Shown piece by piece: positions 50,701 to 64,000 of a DNA stretch of 64,000 nt (position 1 is its first letter; every line of letters starts with the position of its first letter). The DNA comes from Lytechinus pictus (taxonomy: Eukaryota). Location of the stretch: the NCBI RefSeq assembly GCF_037042905.1, contig NC_087250.1:10666001-10730000 (forward strand), given 5' to 3'. The translations under genes were made by a program, and so were the position numbers. Under the pieces are notes generated by a model, which worked only from the letters and a program-made list of their open reading frames with translations, was not told where the DNA came from and ran no database searches.

Positions 50701-53700
50701 AATGAACAAAAATGAAGCTTCTAGACATTCCTCTAAAGAATAGTAAAAAAAAATCCATTAAAAGATAAATAAAACTAGGTGTATACTCGGGGCTGTCAAA
50801 TAAGATTAGGGAAAAGAGAACACGAAAATGAAATTATTATGGAAAATTATCTAAAACGTACTTAAAAGCATACTTGGAACTATTTGTGTAGTTTTAGAGG
50901 GGGGGGGGGGTCTGATTTGACGTAAGAAATTTTTGAGAATCCAAAGAAAAAGACTTACTTTATTATTATTACACTTTTATCAATGAGTTTTTTGTACCTA
51001 TGCTGTGGGTTAATCGAGGTAAAGGTACGTTGTGTTGATTTGTAATGAGATATTTGTATGAATAATGTTAGAGGATCCAAGATACAGTTATTTTAATGTC
51101 ATTACATTAAATATCAATGGATTTCGTTCGTACTTTTGCCGTGCGTTAATCAACCTAACAGTACTTTGTGTTTATATTTTGTATATAAATCGTTTCCATT
51201 GTTATTTTAATTAGACAGAAATCAAGTTTAAAGACATTCCTGTATAAATAATGCAAAATACTTTGAAATATACTACGGTCTTTGATAGAAGATAAGGGAA
51301 AAGAAAAATAATAACAAGAATATGAAAATATTATGGAAACATTTATCGAAAAACGTACTAAGAAAGATATTTTGAACTATTGCTGTTATAGAATGTTGTA
51401 TTGTCATTACATTAAATATGAATGGATTCTGTTTTCGTACTTATACTGTGTGTTAATTAGGGTGACTTTACGTTCAGTTAAACATATCTGATTTTTGTGA
51501 AGGAATCTTTTTCATTCTGAAGTTGAATAGACATAAATCTAGTTTAAAGACATTAATGTATAGAATAATCCAAAATACTTAGAAATATCATTATAATGAG
51601 GTGTATACTTACATGCTGTGAATGAAGACGAGGGAAAGAGAAAAAATGGCAAGAATACAGTGTAAAAACATTATAGAACCTGTAATTGAAATCTTAATTG
51701 ACAGAGCATGTGGAACTATTCCTGTAATTAAATGGATGGGGTCTAAATTTGTAATGAGTAATGTTAGAGGATCCAAGATACAGTTATTTTATTGTCATTA
51801 CATTAAATATCAATAAATTTCATTCGTACTTTTACCGTGCGTTAATCAAGCTAACAGTATTTTGTGTTTATATTTTGTTAATAAATCGTTTCCATTGTTA
51901 TGTTAAATAGACAGAAATCAAGTTTAAAGACATTCCTGTATAAATAATGCAAAATACTTTGAAATATACTACGGTCTTTGATAGGAGATAAGGGGAAAGA
52001 AAAATAATAACAAGAATATGAACATATTATGGAACCATTTATCGAAAAACGTACTAAGAAAGATATTTTGAACTATTGCTGTTATAGAAATTTGTATTGT
52101 CATTACATTAAATATCAATGGATTCTGTTTTCGTACTTATACTCTGGGTTAATTAGGGTGACTTTACGTTCAGTTAAACATATCTAATTTTTGTGAAGGA
52201 ATCTTTTTCATTCTTAAGTTGAATAGACATAAATCAAGTTTAAAGACATTAATGTATAGAATAATCCAAAATACTTAGAAATATCATTATAACGAGGTGT
52301 ATACTTACATGCTGTGAATGAAGACGAGGGAAAGAGAAAAAATGGCAAGAATACAGTGTAAAAACATTATAGAACCTGTAATTGAAATCTTAATTGACAG
52401 AGCATGTGGAACTATTCCTGTAATTAAATGGATGGGGTCTAAATTTGTAATGAGTAATGTTAGAGGATCCAAGATCCAGTTATTTTATTGTCATTACATT
52501 AAATATCAATGGATTTCATTCGTACTTTTACCGTGCGTTAATCAAGCTAACAGTATTTTGTGTTCATATTTTGTTAATAAATCGTTTCCATTGTTATGTT
52601 AATTAGACAGAAATATAGTTTAAAGACATTCCTGTATATATAATGCAAAATACTTTGAAATATACTACGGTCTGTGATAGGAGATACGGGAAAAGAAAAA
52701 TAATTACAAGAATATGAAAATATTATGGAACCATTTATCGAAAAACGTAATAAGAAAGATATTTTGAAATATTGCTGTTATAGAATTTTTTAATGTCATT
52801 ACATTCAATATCAATGGATTCTGTTTTCGTACTTATACTGTGGGTTAATTAGGGTGACTTTACGTTCAGTTAAACATATCTGATTTTTGTGAAGAAATCG
52901 TTTCATTATTAAGTTGAATAGACAGAAATCAAGTTTAAAGACATTAATGTATAGAATAATCCAAAATACTTAGAAATTTAAATACGTTAAGGTGTATACT
53001 TACACTCTGTGAACGGAGAACAGGGGAAGGAAAAAGAATAAGAATAATATCAAAATATTATGGAACCATTTATCTAAAACGTACTAATAAAGTTATTTGG
53101 AATTATTCGTGTTATAAAATTTTGTATTGTCATTACACTAAATATCAATGGATTTTTTTTTCGTACTTATACTGTGGTTTAACTATTAGGGGACTGTGCG
53201 TTGTGTTGAACATATCTGATTTTGTGAAAGAATACTTTTCAATGATATATTGAATGAACAAAAATGAAACTTCTAGACATTACTCTAAAGAATAGTAAAA
53301 AAAATCCATTAAAAGATAAATACAATTAGGTGTATACTCGGGGCTGTCAAATAAGATTAGGGAAAAGAGAACACGAAAATTGAAATTATTATGGAAAATT
53401 TTCTAAAACGTACTTAAAAGCATACTTGGAACTATTTGTGTAGTTTTAGAGGGGGGGGGGGGGTCTGATTTGACGTAAGAATTTTTTGAGGATCCAAAGA
53501 AAACGACTTACTTTATTGTTATTACACTAGTATCAATGAAGTTTTTTCGTACGTATGCTGTGGGTTAATCGAGGTAAAGGTACGTTGTATTGATTTGTAA
53601 TGAGATATTTGTAATGAATAATGTTAGAGGATCCAAGATACAGTTATTTTAATGTCATTACATTAAATATCATTGGATTTCATTCGTACTTTTACCGTGC

Positions 53701-54829
53701 ATTAATCAAGCAAACCGTACGTTGTGTTTATATTTTGTAAATAAATATTTTTCTTTGTTATGTTGAATAGACAGAAATCAAGTTTAAAGACAATCCTGTA
53801 CAGCATAATGCAAAATACTTTGAAATATACTTACGCTCTGTGAAAGCAGATAAGGGAAAAGAGAAAGAATAACAAGAATATAAAAATATTATGGAACCAT
53901 TTATCGAAAACGTACTAAGAAAGTTATTTGGAACTATTGGTGTTATAGAATTTTGTATTGTCATTACACTAAATGTCAATGGATTTTGTTTTCGTACTTT
54001 ACTGTGGGTTTATTAGGGTGACTATATGTTGTCTTAAACATATCTGATTTTGTGAAGGAATCATTTTCATTGTTATGTTGAATAGACAGAAATCAAGTTT
54101 AGAGACATTCCTGTATAGAATAATCCAAAATACTTAGAATTTTAGATACGTTAAAGTGTATACTTACGGACTGTGAACGGAGATAAGGGAAAAGAAAAAG
54201 AATAAGAAGAATATGAAAAATATTATGGAGCCATTTTACCAAAACGAACTTAGAATGGTATTTGGAACTATTCGTGTACTAGAATTTTTGTATTGTCATT
54301 TAACTTTTAATATCAATGGATTTTTTTTCGTACTTATACAGTGGACTAATCAAGGGGACTGTACGTTGTGTTAAACATATCTGATTTTATGAAAGAATAT
54401 TTTTCAATGATATATTGAATGAACAAAAATAAATTCAATAGACATTCCTCTAAAGAATAGTAAAAAAATATATATATATTCAAATATAAATACAGATAGG
54501 TGTATCTCCGAGGCTGTCAAATAAATTTGGGAAAAGAGAAAGAATAACATGAAAATGAAAATATTATGGAAAATTTTCTAAAACGTACTTAGAAACATAC
54601 TTGGAACTATTTGTGTCATTTTTGAGAGGGGGGGGGGGGGGGTCTGGTTTGACGTAAGAAATTTTAGAGGATCCAAAGAAAAAGACTTACTTTATTGTTA
54701 TTACACTATTATCAATGGGTTTTTCGTACGTATGCTGTGGGTTAATCGAGGTAACTGGACGTTGTGTTGATTTGTAATGAGTAATGTTAGAGGATCCAAC
54801 ATACAGTTATTTTATTGTCATTACATTAA

Positions 54830-55424
54830 AGGGGAATCCAACCCATATAAAAACTTGTTTTTATAAGGAAAAGAAAAATCAGACAAGTTGATAGGTGAAA
54901 GTTTGAACAATATTGGACAAAAAACAAGAAAGTTATGAAATTTTTAATGTTGTAAATATTGGTAATCACTATACCCATGGAGACTTCAAATTGGCTGCAT
55001 ATGGGATGTCATAGTGATGTAAGGCAAGGACTACTCTTCCATGCACTCCAATATATATTATGGCTAAAATGTCATTTTTCCCAAAAGTTTTATTTCAAAT
55101 TATATTTTTCTTTCATGAGGACATAAAACAATATACTACCTGGGTTATATTTAGATTACTGCCCCAGGGGAATGGGTACTTAGGTGAAAACCACAAATCC
55201 CTGATAATAAAGTACATGGCCTATTGGAAAGTTGTCCTTGCCCCTTGTCATAATTTACTTACTCAGTTGCCAATTTGAAATCTACATAGTATTAGTGATC
55301 TCAATTTTAAAGCAGCTATAACTTTCTTATTGCTTGTCCGATTTCTTTCAAACTTTCACCATTTTGTTTAATTTATTTTTCTCCTTCCCAACACAACATT
55401 TTATGGCCAAGGCTGGATTCCCCT
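54830..55424. mobile_element. Kolobok-type element inserted in the satellite
   Basis: TTAA TSD and AGGGGAATCC TIRs. Other satellite units show the empty site CATTAAATATC. Confidence 0.9.
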
Positions 55425-56586
55425 TTAAATATCAATGGATTTCATTCGTACTTTTACCGTGCATTAATCAAGCAAACCGTACGTTGTGTTTATATTTTGT
55501 AAATAAATATTTTTCTTTGTTATGTTGAATAGACAGAAATCAAGTTAAAAGACATTCCTGTACAACATAATGCAAAATACTTTGAAATATACTTACGCTC
55601 TGTGAAAGCAGATAAGGGAAAAGAGAAAGAATAACAAGAATATAAAAATATTATGGAACCATTTATCGAAAACGTACTAAGAAAGTTATTTGGAACTATT
55701 GGTGTTATAGAATTTTGTATTGTCATTACACTAAATATCAATGGATTTTGTTTTCGTAATTTACTGTGGGTTTATTAGGGTGACTATATGTTGTCTTAAA
55801 CATATCTGATTTTGTGAAGGAATCATTTTCATTGTTATGTTGAATAGACAGAAATCAAGTTTAGAGACATTCCTTTATAGAATAATCCAAAATACTTAGA
55901 ATTTTAGATACGTTAAAGTGTATACTTACGGACTGTGAACGGAGATAAGGGAAAAGAAAAAGAATAAGAAGAATATGAAAAATATTATGGAGCCATTTTA
56001 CCAAAACGAACTTAGAATGGTATTTGGAACTATTCGTGTACTAGAATTTTTGTATTGTCATTTAACTTTTAATATCAAGGGATTTTTTTCGTACTTATAC
56101 AGTGGACTAATCAAGGGGACTGTACGTTGTGTTAAACATATCTGATTTTATGAAAGAATATTTTTCAATGATATATTGAATGAACAAAAATAAATTCAAT
56201 AGACATTCCTCTAAAGAATAGTAAAAAAATATATATATATTCAAATATAAATACAGATAGGTGTATCTCCGAGGCTGTCAAATAAATTTGGGAAAAGAGA
56301 AAGAATAACATGAAAATGAAAATATTATGGAAAATTTTCTAAAACGTACTTAGAAACATACTTGGAACTATTTGTGTCATTTTTGAGAGGGGGGGGGGGT
56401 CTGGTTTGACGTAAGAAATTTTAGAGGATCCAAAGAAAAAGACTTACTTTATTGTTATTACACTATTATCAATGGGTTTTTCGTACGTATGCTGTGGGTT
56501 AATCGAGGTAACTGGACGTTGTGTTGATTTGTAATGAGTAATGTTAGAGGATCCAACATACAGTTATTTTATTGTCATTACATTAA

Positions 56587-57181
56587 AGGGGAATCCAACC
56601 CATATAAAAACTTGTTTTTATAAGGAAAAGAAAAATCAGACAAGTTGATAGGTGAAAGTTTGAACAATATTGGACAAAAAACAAGAAAGTTATGAAATTT
56701 TTAATGTTGTAAATATTGGTAATCACTATACCCATGGAGACTTCAAATTGGCTGCATATGGGATGTCATAGTGATGTAAGGCAAGGACTACTCTTCCATG
56801 CACTCCAATATATATTATGGCTAAAATGTCATTTTTCCCAAAAGTTTTATTTCAAATTATATTTTTCTTTCATGAGGACATAAAACAATATACTACCTGG
56901 GTTATATTTAGATTACTGCCCCAGGGGAATGGGTACTTAGGTGAAAACCACAAATCCCTGATAATAAAGTACATGGCCTATTGGAAAGTTGTCCTTGCCC
57001 CTTGTCATAATTTACTTACTCGGTTGCCAATTTGAAATCTACATAGTATTAGTGATCTCAATTTTAAAGCAGCTATAACTTTCTTATTGCTTGTCCGATT
57101 TCTTTCAAACTTTCACCATTCTGTTTAATTTATTTTTCTCCTTCCCAACACAACATTTTATGGCCAAGGCTGGATTCCCCT
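56587..57181. mobile_element. Duplicate of the same Kolobok insertion
   Basis: Same site in the unit, same orientation and almost identical sequence, at an offset of 1757 bp. Confidence 0.9.
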
Positions 57182-60100
57182 TTAAATATCAATGGATTTT
57201 ATTCGTACTTTTACCGTGCGTTAATCAAGCTAATCATACGTTGTTTTTATATTTTGGAAATAAATCGTTTCCATTGTTATGTTGAATAGACAGAAATCAA
57301 GTTAAAAGACATTCCTGTATAACATAATGCAAAATACTTTGAAATATACTTACGCTCTGTGAAAGCAGATAAGGGAAAAGAGAAAGAATAACAAGAATAT
57401 AAAAATATTATGGAACCATTTATCGAAAACGTACTAAGAAAGTTATTTGGAACTATTGGTGTTATAGAATTTTGTATTGTCATTACACTAAATGTCAATG
57501 GATTTTGTTTTCGTACTTTACTGTGGGTTTATTAGGGTGACTATATGTTGTCTTAAACATATCTGATTTTGTGAAGGAATCATTTTCATTGTTATGTTGA
57601 ATAGACAGAAATCAAGTTTAGAGACATTCCTTTATAGAATAATCCAAAATACTTAGAATTTTAGATACGTTAAAGTGTATACTTACGGACTGTGAACGGA
57701 GATAAGGGAAAAGAAAAAGAATAAGAAGAATATGAAAAATATTATGGAGCCATTTTACCAAAACGAACTTAGAATGGTATTTGGAACTATTCGTGTACTA
57801 TAATTTTTGTATTGTCATTTAACTTTTAATATCAATGGATTTTTTTTCGTACTTATACAGTGGACTAATCAAGGGGACTGTACGTTGTGTTAAACATATC
57901 TGATTTTATGAAAGAATATTTTTCAATGATATATTGAATGAACAAAAATAAAACTGATAGACATTCCTCTAAAGAATAGTAAACAAATATATTAAAATAT
58001 ATATACAGATAGGTGTATCTCCGAGGCTGTCAAATAAATTTGGGAAAAGAGAAAGAATAACATGAAAATGAAAATATTATGGAAAATTTTCTAAAACGTA
58101 CTTAGAAACATACTTGGAACTATTTGTGTCATTTTTGAGAGGGGGGGGGGGGTCTGGTTTGACGTAAGAAATTTTAGAGGATCCAAAGAAAAAGACTTAC
58201 TTTATTGTTATTACACTATTATCAATGGGTTTTTCGTACGTATGCTGTGGGTTAATCGAGGTAACTGGACGTTGTGTTGATTTGTAATGAGTAATGTTAG
58301 AGGATCCAACATACAGTTATTTTATTGTCATTACATTAAATATCAATGGATTTCATTCGTACTTTTACCGTGCGCTAATCAAGCTAACCATACGTTGTGT
58401 TTATATTTTGTAAATAAATCGTTTCCATTGTTATGTTGAATAGACAGAAATCAAGTTTAAAGACAATCCTGTACAGCATAATGCAAAATACTTTGAAATA
58501 TACTTACTCTCTGTCAAAGGAGATAAGGGAAAAGAAAAAGAATAACAAGAATATAAAAATATTATGGAACCATTTATCGAAAACGTACTAAGAAAGTTAT
58601 TTGGAACTATTGGTGTTATAGAATTTCGCATTGTCAATTACACTAAATGTCAATGGATTTTGTTTTCGTACTTTACTGTGGGTTAATCAGGGTGACTGTA
58701 CGTTGTGTTAAACATATCTGATTTTATGAAATAATATTTTTCAATGATATATTGAATGAACAAAAATAAAACTGATAGACATTCCTCTAAAGAATAGTAA
58801 ACAAATATATTAATATATATATACAGATAGGTGTATCTCCGAGGCTGTCAAATAAATTTGGGAAAAGAGAAAGAATAACATGAAAATGAAAATATTATGG
58901 AAAATTTTCTAAAACGTACTTAGAAACATACTTGGAACTATTTGTGTCATTTTTGAGAGGGGGGGGGGGGTCTGGTTTGACGTAAGAAATTTTAGAGGAT
59001 CCAAAGAAAAAGACTTACTTTATTGTTATTACACTATTATCAATGGGTTTTTCGTACGTATGCTGTGGGTTAATCGAGGTAACTGGACGTTGTGTTGATT
59101 TGTAATGAGTAATGTTAGAGGATCCAACATACAGTTATTTTATTGTCATTACATTAAATATCAATGGATTTCATTCGTACTTTTACCGTGCGCTAATCAA
59201 GCTAACCATACGTTGTGTTTATATTTTGTAAATAAATCGTTTCCATTGTTATGTTGAATAGACAGAAATCAAGTTTAAAGACAATCCTGTACAGCATAAT
59301 GCAAAATACTTTGAAATATACTTACTCTCTGTCAAAGGAGATAAGGGAAAAGAAAAAGAATAACAAGAATATAAAAATATTATGGAACCATTTATCGAAA
59401 ACGTACTAAGAAAGTTATTTGGAACTATTGGTGTTATAGAATTTCGCATTGTCAATTACACTAAATGTCAATGGATTTTGTTTTCGTACTTTACTGTGGG
59501 TTAATCAGGGTGACTGTACGTTGTGTTAAACATATCTGATTTTATGAAAGAATATTTTTCAATGATATATTGAATGAACAAAAATAAAACTGATAGACAT
59601 TCCTCTAAAGAATAGTAAACAAATATATTAAAATATATATACAGATAGGTGTATCTCCGAGGCTGTCAAATAAATTTGGGAAAAGAGAAAGAATAACATG
59701 AAAATGAAAATATTATGGAAAATTTTCTAAAACGTACTTAGAAACATACTTGGAACTATTTGTGTCATTTTTGAGAGGGGGGGGGGGGTCTGGTTTGACG
59801 TAAGAAATTTTAGAGGATCCAAAGAAAAAGACTTACTTTATTGTTATTACACTATTATCAATGGGTTTTTCGTACGTATGCTGTGGGTTAATCGAGGTAA
59901 CTGGACGTTGTGTTGATTTGTAATGAGTAATGTTAGAGGATCCAACATACAGTTATTTTATTGTCATTACATTAAATATCAATGGATTTCATTCGTACTT
60001 TTACCGTGCGCTAATCAAGCTAACCATACGTTGTGTTTATATTTTGTAAATAAATCGTTTCCATTGTTATGTTGAATAGACAGAAATCAAGTTTAAAGAC

Positions 60101-60407
60101 AATCCTGTACAGCATAATGCAAAATACTTTGAAATATACTTACTCTCTGTCAAAGGAGATAAGGGAAAAGAAAAAGAATAACAAGAATATAAAAATATTA
60201 TGGAACCATTTATCGAAAACGTACTAAGAAAGTTATTTGGAACTATTGGTGTTATAGAATTTCGCATTGTCAATTACACTAAATGTCAATGGATTTTGTT
60301 TTCGTACTTTACTGTGGGTTAATCAGGGTGACTGTACGTTGTGTTAAACATATCCGATTTTGTGAAGAATCTTGATCATTATTATGTTGAATAGACAGAA
60401 ATCAAGT

Positions 60408-60470
60408 AGCCCGTCGTAGCTAAGTGAACGACTCGCTGGGCTTCTGTGGAAGCCCGTCGCACGCAAAGGG
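60408..60470. mobile_element. Solo piggyBac-like terminus in the satellite
   Basis: A 63-bp GC-rich insert ending ...GCACGCAAAGGG|TTAA at the monomer's TTAA, with a direct repeat of AGCCCGTCG. Confidence 0.55.
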
Positions 60471-63400
60471 TTAAAGACATTCCTATATAGCATAATGCAA
60501 AATACTTGAAATATACTTACCGCCTGTGAAAGGAGATAAGGGAAAAGAAAAAGAATAACAAGAATATAAAAATATTATGGAACCATTTATCGAAAACGTA
60601 CTAAGAAAGTTATTTGGAACTATTGGTGTTATAGAAGTTTGTATTGTCATTACACTAAATATCAATGGATTTTGTTTTCGTACTTTTAATATATTGTTGG
60701 TTAATCAGGGTGACTGTATGATGTGTTGAACATATCTGATTTTATGAAAAAATATATTTCAATAATATATTGAATGAACATAAATCAAGCTTATAGACAT
60801 TCCTCTAAAGAATAGTAAAAAAATCCATTAAAATATAAATACAATGAGGTGTATACTTGGGGCTGTCAAATAAGATGAGCGAAAAGAGAACGAATAACAA
60901 GAAAACGAAAATATTTTGGAAAATTTTCGAAAACGTTCTTAAAAACATATTTCGAAATATTTGTGTAATTTTAGAGGGGATGGGGCTGATTTGACATAAG
61001 AAATTTTAGAGGATCCAAAGAAAAAGACTTACTTTAGTGTTATTACACTATTATCAATGAACTTTTTTCCGGATACGTATGCTGTGGGTTAATCGAGGTT
61101 ACTGTACGTTGTGTTGATTTGTAATGAGTAATGTTAGAGGATCCAAGATACAGTAATATTATTGTCATTACATTAAATATTAATGGATTTCATTACTTTT
61201 AACGTGCATTAATCAAGCAAACCGTACGTTGTGTTTAGATTTTGTAAATAAATCTTTTTCTTTGTTATGTTGAATAGACATAAATCAAGTTTAAAGACAA
61301 TCCTGTACAGCATAATGCAAAATACTTTGACATATACCTACCGCCTGTGAAAGCAGATAAGGGAAAAGAGAAAGAATAACAAGAATATAAAAATATTATG
61401 GAACCATTTATCGAAAACGTACTAAGAAAGCTATTTGGAACTATTCGTGTTATAGAACTTTTTATTGTCATTACGCTAAATATCAATGGATTTTGTTTCC
61501 GTAATTATATTGCGGGTTAATCAGGGTGACTGTACGTTGTGTTAAACATATCTGATTTTGTGAAGGTATCTTTTTCATTGTTATGTTGAATAGACAGAAA
61601 TCAAGTTTAGGAACATTCCTGTATAGAATAATCCAAAATACTTGGAAATTTTATTACTTTAAAGTGTATACTTACTGACTGTGAACGGATATAAGGGAAA
61701 AGGAAAAGAATAAGAAGAATGTAAGAAATATTATGGAACCATTTTACCAAAATGACCTTAGAAAGGTATTTGGAAATATGTGAGTGCTAGCATTTTTGTA
61801 GTGTCATTTTACTTTTAATATCAATGGATTTTTTTCCGTACTTATACTGTGGATTAATTAAGGGGACTCAACGTTGTGTTGAACATATCTGATTTCATAA
61901 AGGAATATTTTTTTTCAATGATGTATTGAATTGACAGAAATCAAGGTTATAGACATTCCTCTAAAGAATAGTAAAGAAATCCATTTAAATGTAAATACAT
62001 TAAGGTGTATACTCGGGGCTGTCAAATAAGGTGAGGGAAAAGAGAAAGAATAACAAGAAAATGAAATTATTATGGACAATTTTGGAATTCGTACTTAAAA
62101 ACATACTTGGTAATATTCGTGTAGTTTTAGAAGGGTTGGGGTCTGATGTTAAATAAGTAATTTAGATGATCCAACAATATAATTTCTTTATTGTTATTAC
62201 CCTATTATAATTTTTTTGAAGTATGCTGTGGGTTAATCAAGGTAACTGCACGTTGTGTTGAAAATAGCTGATTTTAAAAATGAATCTTTTTCGTGAATAG
62301 ACTGGAATCAAGCTCATAAACATTCTTCTAAATGATAGTCCAAAATACATTATAATATGATTACATTTAGGGCTATACTTAAGGGCTGTCAAATAAGATA
62401 AGAATTTATTTTTCGTTTGATCTTAGGAATGGGTCTTATTTGAAATAAATAATGTTAAAGGGCCAAAAAATATAATTTATTTTATTGTCCTTACACTAAA
62501 TATCAATGATTTTTTTTTGTACTTATACTGTTGGTTAATCAATGTGTTTGTACTTTGTGTTGAACATAGCTGATTTTATGAAATAATATAGACAGAAATC
62601 AAGCTTTTAGGCATTCCTCTAAAGTATAATCCATAATGCTTATGTAAATAAGGTGTGTTTGCTAACTGTGAAAGGAGATAAGTAATAACAAGAATATAAA
62701 GATAATGGAAATTTTTATCAAACACGTACTTAGAAAAGTATTTGGACCTATTCGTGTGGATAAAAAGGTGGGTCTGAGTTGAAATAATTAATGTTCGAGG
62801 AAAAAAAAAAATTGTTTTATTGTCATATTACACTAAATATCAATAGATTTTATTCGTACTTATACTGGGGGCTAATCAAGGTGACTGTACGTTGTGTCAA
62901 ACATATACAGGAATCCCCTTCATTGTTATGTTGAATAGACATAAATCAAGTTTAAAGATATTCCTGTATAGAAGTATCCAAATACTTACCAATATCATCG
63001 TAATGAAGTGTATTTTTACTTGCTGTGAATGAAGACGAGGGAAAGATAGAAAATGGCAAGAATACAAAGTAAAAACATTATAAAACTTGTTATTGAAATT
63101 TTAATTGGTAGCGTATCTGGAACTATTCCTGTCATTTAATGGATGGGGTCTTATTTTGAATGAGTAATGTTAGAGGTTTTAGAAATAGAATCATTTTATT
63201 GTCATTACATTAAGGTAAAGCGAATACGTATAAATATGTTAACATGCATACTTACTCTCTGTCAAATGAGATAACGAAACAGAGAGAATGACAAGAATAT
63301 AACTCATACAATATTATGGAACGTGTTATCGAAAACTTATTTGGAAAAGTATCTGAAATTAGCTGGGTAATTGTAAGGTGAATTCTGAATTGTAATGTTA

Positions 63401-63666
63401 GACGATCCAAAAATATAATTTTATTGTCATTACATTTTACATCAACTGATTTCTTTCATACTTAAGACTTAGAGTCCTTCAAACCGAAAATTTACCCTGT
63501 TTAATATATCTGATTTACATGTAAGAAGAAACATTTTTTTTCGAAGTCAGCTAAAATAAATAGGAGTCATGTTCAAAGGACCTTCATCTTGAGAAAGATC
63601 AACGATAGAGTATACGTATAAATATCATACATGTTAAAGCCGAGGTAATAATAACATTATTATGCT

Positions 63667-63782
63667 ATCAGCAGGGCCCGCTGGTAGAACAGTTTTCAGA
63701 ACTGAAGTGGCTTCCCTGGGTTAAATATGACGTTATTCTTCTTCTTATTGTTTTTATTATCATCATTATTATTATTATTATA
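63667..63782 (+). mobile_element. 3' tail fragment of a SINE or LINE
   Basis: GC-richer stem-loop-like end (CAGTTTTCAGAACTG) followed by an (ATT)n/(CTT)n tail, interrupting a degenerate satellite monomer. Confidence 0.45.
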
Positions 63783-64000
63783 CTTACTGTCTGTTTAATA
63801 AGATGATGGAAAGGAGAGAAAATGACAAAGGAAATAAAGTTTAAACAAATCATGAAATATGTTATCAAAACTTACTTGGATACGTATGTGAAACTATTCC
63901 CGTAATTTAGGGGTCGGTCTATTGGCAAGCTGTGAAATGTTGCCATGATTGTGGGCATGGTGGGTAAGCTGTGAAATCTTACCATTAAATAGTTAACTTG

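Larger units (their letters stand above)
44931..63920. repeat. Complex AT-rich satellite with higher-order repeats (~0.70, ~0.82 and ~1.16 kb units of related 135-390-bp monomers)
   Basis: Every monomer begins with an ATCAATG...CGTAC-type head. A-type monomers start at 44931, 45767, 46925, 48087, 48789, 49952, 51111, 51807, 52503, 53667, 55429, 57186, 58340, 59158, 59976 and 61177. The array degenerates toward about 63900. Confidence 0.92.

Noticed and set aside
48131..61486. Recurring short ORFs (MKTREREK..., MTFSVMTIQ..., MAKMSFF..., MSDFFQ...)
   Set aside because: They are by-products of satellite and Kolobok repetition, have no domain motifs, and are broken in sister units.
44931..63920. 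CRISPR-like array
   Set aside because: The whole units repeat, there are no unique spacers or cas genes, and the context is eukaryotic.

Overview
This is AT-rich eukaryotic (animal) genomic DNA with spliceosomal introns and a very dense load of repeats. The repeat types and immune-type genes suggest a marine invertebrate, probably a sea urchin; this is an inference, not shown by the sequence. Genes: (1) the 3' four exons of a minus-strand EGF + fibrinogen-related-domain (FReD) gene at 5453-8846, whose last intron is GC-AG, and (2) a decayed minus-strand NACHT/NLR-like pseudogene fragment at about 35040-38420. Most of the window is nested transposons. Four elements have TAG...CTA termini: three Academ-type elements with 3-bp TSDs, two of them multi-kb foldbacks, and one AcademH-type element with a 9-bp TSD and a RecQ helicase remnant. 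There are also Kolobok (TTAA), hAT-like, Harbinger-like, Tc1/mariner and EnSpm-like non-autonomous elements, four LINE fragments (one apparently 5'-inverted) and a tRNA-derived SINE. The last ~19 kb (44931 to ~63920) is a complex satellite with multi-tier higher-order repeat structure, including a Kolobok insertion that was duplicated along with its unit. No CRISPR array, rRNA or prokaryotic system is supported.
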